Origin: an uncultured virus (IMG/VR IMGVR_UViG_3300047157_000150)
Taxonomy: Duplodnaviria; Heunggongvirae; Uroviricota; Caudoviricetes
Direction: 5' to 3' (one strand)
IMG/VR virus record: IMGVR_UViG_3300047157_000150
DNA length: 64,000 bases
Shown here: piece after piece, positions 51,448-60,604 of the stretch
Position numbering within the stretch: the first letter of the stretch is position 1
How the letters are laid out: every line of letters begins with the position of its first letter
Notes under the pieces: model-generated
What the model was told of the DNA's origin: nothing
Database searches by the model: none
What the model saw: only the letters and a program-made list of their open reading frames with translations
Made by a program: the position numbers and the translations under genes

Positions 51448-51641
51448 TGAACATTGGCCCTGTTGCACCTTTAGGTCATGGCTTTGTTGAAAAGCCATAT
51501 ACTAATTGTAAATGGTGTAAAGCAGACCTTGACCCAAACCAACACATGATGTATTATTGTGATACCGCTTGTTACTTTTCTCAAAATAAAACAGGTGAAT
51601 TAATTCAAACGCATTATGTCGCAAGGGAGGAAGAAGAATGA
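51444..51641 (+). CDS. Treble-clef-like zinc finger protein
   Basis: CKWC...YCDTAC. Confidence 0.6.
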   Translation: MMNIGPVAPLGHGFVEKPYTNCKWCKADLDPNQHMMYYCDTACYFSQNKTGELIQTHYVAREEEE

Positions 51642-51865
51642 ATACAGATTTAGAAGATACAGCAAGAAAGGTAGAAATGTCCGTACATGAGGTTCTCGCT
51701 TTTATGAGTAAAGAAGAACTCATTGATAAAATTGTGGAATATATGCAAGGGTGGAACAAGGTCGCACTTGTAGATTTCTTAGGAGAAGAAGTCTATGGTG
51801 ACGATTCTGCACCAGCCTTACTTGAGGAAATTATTAAGGCTCATCGAATTAACCCCTTTGATTAG
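51638..51865 (+). CDS. Hypothetical acidic protein
   Basis: Coupled ORF, SD GGAGG. Confidence 0.6.
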   Translation: MNTDLEDTARKVEMSVHEVLAFMSKEELIDKIVEYMQGWNKVALVDFLGEEVYGDDSAPALLEEIIKAHRINPFD

Positions 51866-52244
51866 GGAAATGACGCGAGTGGTGGAGGGTGGAAAAGTAA
51901 GGATTAATTGGTTATTAATTCGCATAGGTACTTGTTTTTAGAACTTTAAAATCTATGGATTATAAAAGGATTATCTGTCCTATGATACTGACCAACCTAA
52001 AAGACGATTGGGTGAGAGGCCCAAAACCTTTTCAATTGCAGGTTTATCCCGTAAAAATACTACAACTTGTTGGCTCGTTTTTCGTATCACTGAAAACTCG
52101 GATTAAAAGATGGCGGCTGTGAAAGGTCGGTCTTTGGTATTTACCTGCGTCCCTTTTTACTTTTTTTTCATTAGGGTAGTTATACAAATTATAGACTACC
52201 ATATGGTAGGCGATAGCATTCTACCCTCGGTAGGGGTGAAAAAA

Positions 52245-52268
52245 TTGTTTAACGAAGATGAAGAGTGA
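52245..52268 (+). CDS. Micro-ORF (M)FNEDEE; also in frame with ATG at 52203
   Basis: TTG after GGGGTGA. Confidence 0.45.
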   Translation: MFNEDEE

Positions 52269-52370
52269 TTCTATCACTTCATTTTTTCTTACCATATGGT
52301 AATATGCGGAACAATAAGGTCCGGTACAATATACCCCCCCGTGAGGTAATTGCTAATAAAGGATTTTTTG

Positions 52371-53267
52371 ACCCACCCACTAACCGCCCTAATCCTTTAT
52401 TATTAATACCATATGGTAAGGAACAAAGTGACGCAACCTGAGATTAAAGACACTTCGTTGTGAAATGTACTCGGCAGAAATCAAAAATAATTTTAACCCA
52501 CCCTCTAACCACCCAATTATCTTTAATTTCCTTGAGACATTTAATCTTGAACCATATGGTAAGGAAACATAATGTTTTTTATGTTGAGCGAAAAGGAATG
52601 TATGCGAAGACTAATACATTCTTTGAGCGGTAGGGCTATCAGCCCAATAGAAAGCGTTAGTATTTCGCAACCTGACGAGGACCGTAAAATACATCTGCTT
52701 TCTGGTAGAGATTTTAACCCACCCTCGAACCACCCAATCTCTACCAGACGCACAGTATTTTACTTTGCTTCGCAACCATATGGTAATAATAATGAACAAG
52801 GAGTTAGAGAGTATTCACTGAACAATACTCTCTACGACGCTGTGAGTATATATCCTTAACTAAATTTACTAAGGAATTTTAACCCACCCTCGAACCTCCC
52901 TTCCATATGGTAAGGAAGTATGACGCAACCTGAAAGGTTCGTCGGCTTCGCCACTACAAGAAAAATATTAACCCTCCCTCAACCACCCTATTTTTCTTGT
53001 AAGTCTACGCCTCCTTACCATATGGTACAATATCGAGCAAGGCGAGGAAAATTAGCAGGAACTGTTTTGACGAGACAGCGTTAGTTTATGTGCCTTAAAA
53101 AAAATAAAAATTAAGATACATTTACCCACCCTCGAACCACCCGTATCATATGGTTGTACTTGGCGTGACATGTAAATGTATAGCCAAATCAGTACACCCC
53201 ACCTATATATAAGGTTTGAAAAACTAAACTTTAATATGATATTGTCTTTCCCACCCTCTAACCACCC
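52371..53267 (+). repeat. Seven direct copies of ACCCACCCTC(G/T)AACCACCC
   Basis: At 52371, 52496, 52717, 52882, 52971, 53124, 53249. Confidence 0.95.
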
Positions 53268-53346
53268 ACACTATCAGACAAAAGTTTACTTTTTCGTCTA
53301 TTGACATAGAACCATATGGTATGAAATTTGTTATTACCCCGACCTA

Positions 53347-53370
53347 AAGAAAAGGGCCGAAGCCCCCTTC
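53347..53370 (-). terminator. Hairpin plus T-tract
   Basis: GAAGGGGGC-TTCG-GCCCTTTTCTT on - strand after the micro-ORF. Confidence 0.65.
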
Positions 53371-53374
53371 TTGT

Positions 53375-53398
53375 TTATTCTTCATCTTCATTCAGCAT
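53375..53398 (-). CDS. Micro-ORF MLNEDEE
   Basis: TGATG overlap with upstream gene, SD GGTGA, terminator follows. Confidence 0.55.
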   Translation of the reverse strand: MLNEDEE

Positions 53399-53538
53399 CA
53401 GTAGTCACCTTCAATAATAACAGCCTTAATTTGACCCTCTTCTTTCAGTTCTTCATAACAGCCTCTACAAAGGTTCCCAAATTCCGGTAATGTCATAATC
53501 ACCTTTGTTGAGCCACATTCATATCCTTCACATTTCAT
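53398..53538 (-). CDS. 46-aa zinc finger protein (not in ORF track)
   Basis: MKCEGYECGSTKVIMTLPEFGNLCRGCYEELKEEG... Confidence 0.6.
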   Translation of the reverse strand: MKCEGYECGSTKVIMTLPEFGNLCRGCYEELKEEGQIKAVIIEGDY

Positions 53539-53657
53539 GGTTCTCCAGCCCCATCTAGTTCTACTGTTGCTTCAACCCAACATGGGGTGCATAGACCATC
53601 AGTTTCAACTTTATCATCACACGACAGTTCAATAGTACACATCTTACACTTTGACAT
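53535..53657 (-). CDS. 40-aa zinc finger protein
   Basis: MSKCKMC...LCTPCW. Confidence 0.55.
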   Translation of the reverse strand: MSKCKMCTIELSCDDKVETDGLCTPCWVEATVELDGAGEP

Positions 53658-54115
53658 GGTATTATCATAAATCAAAACACCATAAGGTAGTTCACAAATT
53701 TTCCTTACCATATGGTTCACTTTGGGAATTTTTTTATTTAAAAAACATTAAATACGCAAAGCCTCTATTTATTTTTATGAAAGACTTTATGAAACCGGCT
53801 ATGCGCCAACACAAAAATACCTTATATTTGCCCTCAATGTGGGCATTAATGGATGAATTTGATAAATTATTATTCATATGGGACCAATTTGACCAACTTT
53901 GGCGCAACTCATACCCCCCTCCAGCAAAAAATCAAGAAGAATTAAGTATTTTACTTGCTCATATGGCCGAAACTCGCCAAAACTGTAAAACTTTATATAG
54001 ACATTGCGAATTAGACTGTAATAGTTGGAGTGCATTACAAGATTTACCTTTGGATAACCTCGTAATTCGCCAAAAGGGGAATACACTTGACAAAGAAGAC
54101 TCAAATAAGAAATAA
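53651..54115 (+). CDS. Hypothetical protein (start likely near 53780-53800)
   Basis: ORF track; 5' part overlaps repeat site. Confidence 0.4.
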   Translation: MTWYYHKSKHHKVVHKFSLPYGSLWEFFYLKNIKYAKPLFIFMKDFMKPAMRQHKNTLYLPSMWALMDEFDKLLFIWDQFDQLWRNSYPPPAKNQEELSILLAHMAETRQNCKTLYRHCELDCNSWSALQDLPLDNLVIRQKGNTLDKEDSNKK

Positions 54116-54310
54116 AGTAAGGCGAAAAAAGGGTGAACCAAGTAAAAAGACTGAAAAACTAAGACCTAATAAACCAAATTATCAAAGAAAGAAAAGGAGA
54201 AGATAAATAATGATGAGTAATATTCGCTGGGAATGGAATAAAAAAGAAAAATTTTTTTTCGCTAGTCCCAAAAAAATTCCCGGTCATTTTTTCAACAAGG
54301 CGGTGTAATA

Positions 54311-54874
54311 ATGGGTTGGCAAGATATATTAAAAATAGAACTGAGGCCTAAAGATGTTAAGCGATTAGGAGAAAGATATGCGTTAATGGATTTGTATGAA
54401 TCTAAATTAATGACCCAAGAAGAATATGATAGATTGCCAGATATAGGAGATGGGAAAAAAATTAGCGGTAATTTACCACCAACGAGCAAAAAATCCTATC
54501 ATCTTAGATTATCAGCATTTTTAAAAGAAAATAAAGATTCTCCTATGACTATGGAATTGGAAAAATATCGTAAATTTCATTATGCGATGTATATTAGATT
54601 ACGAAGGGGGGCTGAAGCCCCAAGTCCAACCTTAGAATTATTTCGTGTGTCAGGAGTGGGCTACTCTCCGGGAAAAAGATTAACCCGAAAAAACAGAAAC
54701 CCAAAAGGTCCATCGAAATATACCCCAGTTTCCCAAATCATTGTTGATTATTTTACACTCTATAACCGTAAGTTTGGCCGTAATCCCACTTTACAAGAAA
54801 TAGCAAATGAAGAGGATAGACCCCTTACAGTAGATGAAATTGAATCGTTTAAAAGATATTCACAGGGTAGGTGA
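54311..54874 (+). CDS. W-tag protein, basic
   Basis: Starts MGWQDILK. Confidence 0.7.
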   Translation: MGWQDILKIELRPKDVKRLGERYALMDLYESKLMTQEEYDRLPDIGDGKKISGNLPPTSKKSYHLRLSAFLKENKDSPMTMELEKYRKFHYAMYIRLRRGAEAPSPTLELFRVSGVGYSPGKRLTRKNRNPKGPSKYTPVSQIIVDYFTLYNRKFGRNPTLQEIANEEDRPLTVDEIESFKRYSQGR

Positions 54875-54879
54875 TTAAA

Positions 54880-55584
54880 ATGGGTTGGCAAGATATATTA
54901 AAATCAGCAGCGAGTGATTATGATAATCTTTTAGACAAATTAGTAGATAATGTTCATTTTTTTAACCCTGATATAGAAAGAAGTGTAATTGAAGGACCAT
55001 ATATAAGGACACGCGACGACAAAACATATTTGGTTACAAATATTCTAAACCCGTTAATAAAAACCTTAGAGTTTATGAGGGCCGCTAAGGATGATTTAGA
55101 ATTTCGTCAGCGTTCTGAGGTTAACGCAACTGTTGAATATAATTTTGAAATGTATGGATTAAAATGTTCTATTGTTTTTGATATTCATACATTAGGTGTA
55201 ATTGCCAGAGACAATCATATTAAAATAGGAAAAAATCTCAAAGTATGTGTGAGGCCCAGAGGAACTATGACAAAGGGGGATTTTTTAACTACCTTAGTTC
55301 TTGGAATAAGAAGTAATGCTATCCCTAATATAATGAAATTTGTTGCTTATACTTTGGAGACTGGTTTTCTGTATGGACCAGCCCGTAATAAGTTGAACAT
55401 TATTTATGATTACGATGAAGAAGAGTATAAAATTGCATATGTTGAATATTTAATAGAATCTGAAAAGGTAACCGGCGACGAAGAGGATAGATGGGCGAAA
55501 ATCCTAAATCAGGTTCATATTGCGTCCTTAGATTCATTCATGTTAGAACAGGGAGTACCAAAAGAGGTTTTAGGGAAGTGGTAA
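54880..55584 (+). CDS. W-tag protein with C...GD motif
   Basis: Starts MGWQDILK; KVCVRPRGTMTKGDFLTTL. Confidence 0.7.
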   Translation: MGWQDILKSAASDYDNLLDKLVDNVHFFNPDIERSVIEGPYIRTRDDKTYLVTNILNPLIKTLEFMRAAKDDLEFRQRSEVNATVEYNFEMYGLKCSIVFDIHTLGVIARDNHIKIGKNLKVCVRPRGTMTKGDFLTTLVLGIRSNAIPNIMKFVAYTLETGFLYGPARNKLNIIYDYDEEEYKIAYVEYLIESEKVTGDEEDRWAKILNQVHIASLDSFMLEQGVPKEVLGKW

Positions 55585-55585
55585 T

Positions 55586-55936
55586 ATGGATTGGCGAAAT
55601 AAATTAAAAAAGGATATTGTTTCTCATACCGCCTTAACAACAGGTGTTGAACCAAAGGGTGCTTTTAAAATAGACGAAAGCCGTATAGTAGAAATTATGG
55701 GAAACTATTTGGAAGAATACCGTAAAGAAATAACACCTTATCATTTGTGGAAAACTATGGTTAAGGAATACGGTAAAACTCTTAGGTCAGAAGTGGAAGA
55801 AATTATACGGGTAAGTCCAAACACTACAATAAGACAGGCTTTAAAGGAAGTTCACACAAGAAAGAGATGGTTAAAGTTTATTTTAAAATACCAAACTACC
55901 GATAAGGTAAAAAGATTGACGAGGAGGAAAGAATAA
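55586..55936 (+). CDS. W-tag protein
   Basis: Starts MDWRNKLKK. Confidence 0.65.
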   Translation: MDWRNKLKKDIVSHTALTTGVEPKGAFKIDESRIVEIMGNYLEEYRKEITPYHLWKTMVKEYGKTLRSEVEEIIRVSPNTTIRQALKEVHTRKRWLKFILKYQTTDKVKRLTRRKE

Positions 55937-56331
55937 TGGGATGGTTTGATATTCTTAAGGCTGGACAATGTTATCAATCAGCATACGATTATGTTTTTAA
56001 TGAATATATGAAGGATAATAAAACTAGCGTTCTTCTTGTTCACGCTAATGTTACAGGCACAGGTGGGGAAGTAGTTGATTGTCAATATGGACACGCTTTT
56101 GTTCTTGATGGGGATATGGTAATAGACACTGAAACAAATGTTAGAATGCCTTATGAGCGTTATGTAGATTTAGGTCAAGTCGTTGATGAAGTAATATATT
56201 CAGCGATGGAAGCACAGCAATACGCATTAGGTTCAGGTCATTATGGTCCGTGGCATGATGGTTTAGTTACTCCCGATGTATTAGAAGAAATTAAATTGGA
56301 CATAAAATATATGAAGGAGATGGGATATTGA
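55936..56331 (+). CDS. W-tag protein, transglutaminase/papain-like Cys-His-Asp fold
   Basis: MGWFDILK-AGQCYQSA...LVHA...GHAFV...VID. Confidence 0.6.
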   Translation: MGWFDILKAGQCYQSAYDYVFNEYMKDNKTSVLLVHANVTGTGGEVVDCQYGHAFVLDGDMVIDTETNVRMPYERYVDLGQVVDEVIYSAMEAQQYALGSGHYGPWHDGLVTPDVLEEIKLDIKYMKEMGY

Positions 56332-58001
56332 GTTGGCGAGATAAACTAGTAAAAGCAGACTCGAATGAAAAGGAAAAAAAAGACCTCTTTAAAAATCTAA
56401 GAGATGAATTTGAAAAAAATGGATTTAACATTTTTGTACCTAAAAGCGTATTTAGTTTCTATACTTATATAGATATTGGGGGTCAAGGTCTACCTTTGAT
56501 ACAAGATAGAATTTTTCCCCAGCAAGTCGCAGACAACCACTCCGATTCCTTAAAATTTTCTGACGAATTTGTAAAAAAATATGTAGATTCATTTTTAAGG
56601 TCAATGCAATTTCTCAAAGGAGTTACATCAAGTGAAGGGGTGACGGTTAATAAAAATTTCAAAAAAGACTCCAAAGAGATGGAAGGTTTTGATGTAGTTG
56701 GAAAATCAGGTGTTAAATATTTTGTACGAACAGACAGAACTAAACAATCAAGATGTAGTGAAGTTTATGTAGGAAAACGAAAAGATATTTTGTGCATTGA
56801 AATGGAGAACCGCACATTACCAATTGGTGATAATATAGCGAGTCTTATAAGTGTGTTATTGGAAGATAATAACCCCGCTTTAATTGGTTCTGAAGAATCC
56901 TCCGATGAACAAGAACCTCTACTCGAAGGTTTAAGAGATGTTGTTCGTGGTGGTGGTAGTTATAAATGTATTCTTTGTGAAACTGAAAATTATGCAACTG
57001 TTAAAGATACTAACGAAGATGACATCTTTTCTTGTAAAGAGTGCGGCGTAGAAAGTATTTTGACAATTACTTATGAACCTTTAATGTCAATTTACCAAGA
57101 TGACTTAAGGTTACAAATATTAAATGATTCTGGGGAAAGGACATTTATTGATGATTTAAGGGGTTATAACAGTATATTTAATTATCATGGTAAAACTGTT
57201 GATGGTGTTGAAGTAGATTTTATTAAGAGAACACAAACCGGTTACCCAAACTCTGCTATTCAATATTTAACTATGGAAAAAGATGGAGATGGTAAAATCG
57301 GAATCTTGGGTTATTTATCATCAACCGAAAAAATAGAGGACGCAAAAATTTTATCAGATGAATATGGTCTTTTGGTGGAATTAGATAAGGGTCAGATAGC
57401 GAAAGGTAGTCCAATTTATAACGCTGAAAATCTAAGAGAATTAATGCCTAGATATAAAGATTTCAGTTTATTTACTAACACTACTATTAAGGGTTTTTTA
57501 CAAAACACCTATCTGGAAACCGGAGCAAGAATGTCTCAATTTCTAGAACTTATACATAAAATACACGGAACTGCTATTCTTGGTTTGGCAGTTGAAACTG
57601 TATATGATATAGAACCAAATTACGATATTTCTAAAATTAAAGAAGACACAAATATGCTTAATTTAAGTTGGGATAATGCTGTATTAAATGGAAATTATGA
57701 ATTAATTCAAGGGAAGCCTGATGATAGTGCATATGAGTTCTACAAACAGAAGGACTTAAGTAGTAAATATGACCTCCCATTAATTATGAAGTGGGAAGAT
57801 TACCTCAAAAAATCAGGTGACAATGTAGATGATTGGGAATCTGCATTAAAGTCATTTATCGCTGATGGTAAAAAATTGGGAATACCCTTGTCAGTAATGG
57901 AATTATTAAAGTTGGCTAAAGAAGCAACGACTTCGCAAAGCGAAGGTTTTGAAACATTACATCGCCCTACCTTCAGTGAGGAGGAAGAGGAAGATGTTTG
58001 A
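56328..58001 (+). CDS. Large multidomain W-tag protein (C...GD domain, zinc ribbon, internal tags)
   Basis: MSWRDKLVK; LCIEMENRTLPIGDNIASLISVLLED; CILC..CKEC; MKWEDYLKK. Confidence 0.7.
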   Translation: MSWRDKLVKADSNEKEKKDLFKNLRDEFEKNGFNIFVPKSVFSFYTYIDIGGQGLPLIQDRIFPQQVADNHSDSLKFSDEFVKKYVDSFLRSMQFLKGVTSSEGVTVNKNFKKDSKEMEGFDVVGKSGVKYFVRTDRTKQSRCSEVYVGKRKDILCIEMENRTLPIGDNIASLISVLLEDNNPALIGSEESSDEQEPLLEGLRDVVRGGGSYKCILCETENYATVKDTNEDDIFSCKECGVESILTITYEPLMSIYQDDLRLQILNDSGERTFIDDLRGYNSIFNYHGKTVDGVEVDFIKRTQTGYPNSAIQYLTMEKDGDGKIGILGYLSSTEKIEDAKILSDEYGLLVELDKGQIAKGSPIYNAENLRELMPRYKDFSLFTNTTIKGFLQNTYLETGARMSQFLELIHKIHGTAILGLAVETVYDIEPNYDISKIKEDTNMLNLSWDNAVLNGNYELIQGKPDDSAYEFYKQKDLSSKYDLPLIMKWEDYLKKSGDNVDDWESALKSFIADGKKLGIPLSVMELLKLAKEATTSQSEGFETLHRPTFSEEEEEDV

Positions 58002-59118
58002 GTGGGATAAAGAAAAAGCCCTTGCCCTTCTTGAAGCATATAAAAAATTTTGGGGGCCAAGTAAAAATCCGGAATATGGCATTACAGGAAAACCTGATGC
58101 GAGTACCGGAAAAACAAATTCTAAGTCAGTTTATCAAACTGTAAAAAATCATGGCTACACGGCTAAGGGTCGTGCAAGTCAAGGAGCCTTTGTCGGAGCA
58201 GGTGCTATATTAGAAAACTTAGAAGAAATTATTGAAGAAGAAGTATTCTTAGAAGATGACTTAGATGATATTGAACAATTGTCTAAATTATTAAATACAC
58301 TTGAAACTAAAAAAGACCGCAATCCTAGAAATATTAAATTCCGCACAGTCATATCATTTGAAAAACCAAAAGGTGAAGATGATGAACCTAAGATTAAAAG
58401 AGGGTTTGTTCGAGGTCATTTTTTAACTCCCGCCTATTGGGAATTTAGACAGTGGAAGGCAAAAAAGGATGGTGCATCTTTCCCTTCTAAAAAACCCGAC
58501 CCTAAATGGACAGCACTTCCTAAAGGTAGTGGGGATGGACCCATAGGAATCGCAGAACCTCCACTTTGGCAAGCAATTTTTTCTAAAGAAAATAGTCTAA
58601 GAAAACTTATTGATGATATTAAAGTTCTCATGGAAAAGCAACAGCCTGAAGAAGTTAGCATAGATATTAATGCAAATTTGGGTCCTAATTCAGCAGAAGC
58701 CTTGTCTAATATATCAGGAGTACAAAGGGCAATTAAGGAAGTTATGGGAAATGCTAATATTTACGCCCGCAATTCAAAGGTAGTAATTAAGGATAGATTG
58801 AATCAGGCTATATCTCAAAAACAGATTTCTGTTAATCCTGCCGACCTACAAATACTTTCACAAAATTGCACATTGACAGTGAAAGGTGAAAAGGTAGAAT
58901 TACAAGAAATTGTTAACTATGAACAAATTACATCTTTGCAGATTAAATTTCCTAAAAATAATAAAGCATTGAATAGATTAATAAGGGCTGTAATGGGAGA
59001 AGAAATGAATACTTATGATTTATCAAGTCTCACAGGATGGGAAGGAAGTGCAGGTATTACTCTCAAACAACTTGATGCGATTAAAGCGGCTAGTAATTTA
59101 ATGAAGGTGTTAAAATGA
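57994..59118 (+). CDS. Hypothetical protein
   Basis: Start MFEWDKEK after GAGGA-rich SD. Confidence 0.65.
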   Translation: MFEWDKEKALALLEAYKKFWGPSKNPEYGITGKPDASTGKTNSKSVYQTVKNHGYTAKGRASQGAFVGAGAILENLEEIIEEEVFLEDDLDDIEQLSKLLNTLETKKDRNPRNIKFRTVISFEKPKGEDDEPKIKRGFVRGHFLTPAYWEFRQWKAKKDGASFPSKKPDPKWTALPKGSGDGPIGIAEPPLWQAIFSKENSLRKLIDDIKVLMEKQQPEEVSIDINANLGPNSAEALSNISGVQRAIKEVMGNANIYARNSKVVIKDRLNQAISQKQISVNPADLQILSQNCTLTVKGEKVELQEIVNYEQITSLQIKFPKNNKALNRLIRAVMGEEMNTYDLSSLTGWEGSAGITLKQLDAIKAASNLMKVLK

Positions 59119-59468
59119 ATAGTAGTAGGATTCCCAAAAATTTTCAAAACCGTAGTGGTGGCTGGTGGTCTTCCCTACAATCTAATGATTCAAAAAGGGT
59201 AGAAATTATAGAAGAACTATTGGATGAAGCCCAAGATAAAGAATTGTCGGAATTAGTAAATAGATTCTTAGAAAGTTATAATGAAAATGTAATGAATATG
59301 AGTGTCACTAGATTAAATACTAAAATGTATATGTTAGCATTCCATTTTACAGATATGCCTACTGCTTCAACTCTTATTTATCTCGACCCACTTGAATATC
59401 GTACAATGAATGAAGAAACTTTTAAAAGACAATTAAGGAGGATTGTTGCTCGTGCGGAAAATTCGTAA
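59115..59468 (+). CDS. Hypothetical protein
   Basis: Coupled ORF. Confidence 0.6.
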   Translation: MNSSRIPKNFQNRSGGWWSSLQSNDSKRVEIIEELLDEAQDKELSELVNRFLESYNENVMNMSVTRLNTKMYMLAFHFTDMPTASTLIYLDPLEYRTMNEETFKRQLRRIVARAENS

Positions 59469-60114
59469 GTCCTGCCCTCTATGTAATCATCCCGATAGGG
59501 ATAATTTAGAAATTGAAATTCTTGAAGGTCGTATGGAAGTAAATACTCTCGATAGGGAAGAAGGGTGGAAAGCGGGAACTACGAGAAAACATATGCAACA
59601 ACATTTGAATGCTTACCATGATGATTCGAATGATAAATGTGCCTTGTGCGTAGCAAGTAATAGAAAGGATTTGGAAGCGGCAATTGTAGACGGACATATG
59701 AAGCCGAGTAAAGTGGCCGCATATTTAGAAGTCGGTGTGGATTTAATTAATTTACATATGAAAAAGCACCTCAAACCTATCGTACAACAATCGGCGGCTT
59801 TGGATGTAGCCCGTGTAGAATTAAATGAAATTGAATTACTTTCTCAAAATGTTCAAATGCTTCAAGGTAAGATTCAACAATTTATTATAGATAACGATGA
59901 TTTAGATTTTAAGACAGTGGATTCTTTGGTAAAACTTAGTAAAGAAATTCGTGAGTCGCTAAAGTATGCGCTGGAATTTAAGGGTAAATTAGTACATAAG
60001 CGAGAGGAAACAGTGGTGATTCAACAGATTGAAGTTATACAAAAGGTTCTTATAGAAAGATACCCCGAAGTATGGACTGAGATACGAGATGATATAGCGG
60101 AGAGATTAGCATGA
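59443..60114 (+). CDS. Duplicated CxxC...HxxxH zinc/HTH protein with coiled coil (terminase small subunit candidate)
   Basis: CPLC.HPDR...HMQQH and CALC...HMKKH repeats. Confidence 0.45.
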   Translation: MLLVRKIRKSCPLCNHPDRDNLEIEILEGRMEVNTLDREEGWKAGTTRKHMQQHLNAYHDDSNDKCALCVASNRKDLEAAIVDGHMKPSKVAAYLEVGVDLINLHMKKHLKPIVQQSAALDVARVELNEIELLSQNVQMLQGKIQQFIIDNDDLDFKTVDSLVKLSKEIRESLKYALEFKGKLVHKREETVVIQQIEVIQKVLIERYPEVWTEIRDDIAERLA

Positions 60115-60302
60115 ATTGGAAAAATATACTAAAAAATAAACCCTTTTACGGGGATAAAGAATGCCCAAGATGCGGTTCAAAAATGATGACTACTTTTCCT
60201 AATAAAGCGGCTTCACTAACAGGTAAAGACGAAGTTTCATATTGTACTAAATGCGGATATACTGAAGATGAAGGCACAGAATCAATAGATAGTCCAAGAT
60301 AA
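60111..60302 (+). CDS. W-tag zinc ribbon protein
   Basis: MNWKNILK; CPRC...CTKC. Confidence 0.7.
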   Translation: MNWKNILKNKPFYGDKECPRCGSKMMTTFPNKAASLTGKDEVSYCTKCGYTEDEGTESIDSPR

Positions 60303-60314
60303 GGAGAGATTACA

Positions 60315-60587
60315 ATGAGTTGGAAAAAACAAATTAAAAAAGAAGAAATGCCCATGAATAGAATAACACAATTCTATGATGAATTAAAACAAGAAATTAC
60401 TACAAGGGGTAAAGAAGAAGTATTATCGCATAGTATGGAACAAATGGGTATTTTGAATGGTAATTCTGACCCATTCAAATTAGCGGAAAATATTTTAAAA
60501 ATGTTAAGTCCTTATTTTACAAATGCTGATGCAATTAAAATTTTAGATAAGCACCGAAATGAATATTATTCTCAAAATAAAAAATAA
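60315..60587 (+). CDS. W-tag protein
   Basis: MSWKKQIKK. Confidence 0.7.
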   Translation: MSWKKQIKKEEMPMNRITQFYDELKQEITTRGKEEVLSHSMEQMGILNGNSDPFKLAENILKMLSPYFTNADAIKILDKHRNEYYSQNKK

Positions 60588-60604
60588 ATGCAGGAGAGAT
60601 TAGC

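Larger units (their letters stand above)
49653..53716. repeat. Dispersed ACCATATGGT palindrome array
   Basis: Exact at 49653, 50537, 51214, 52198, 52291, 52408, 52551, 52775, 53017, 53311, 53707; one-mismatch at 51120, 52902, 53145, 53679. Confidence 0.95.

Noticed and set aside
52541..52859. ORFs 52572-52859, 52541-52753 and 52611-52799
   Set aside because: They run across the repeat motifs, have no clear RBS and show no protein-like features.
52291..53320. CRISPR array
   Set aside because: Repeats are short and bipartite, spacing is irregular (115-224 bp), and no cas operon is present. The Cas4-like gene is a typical stand-alone viral nuclease.
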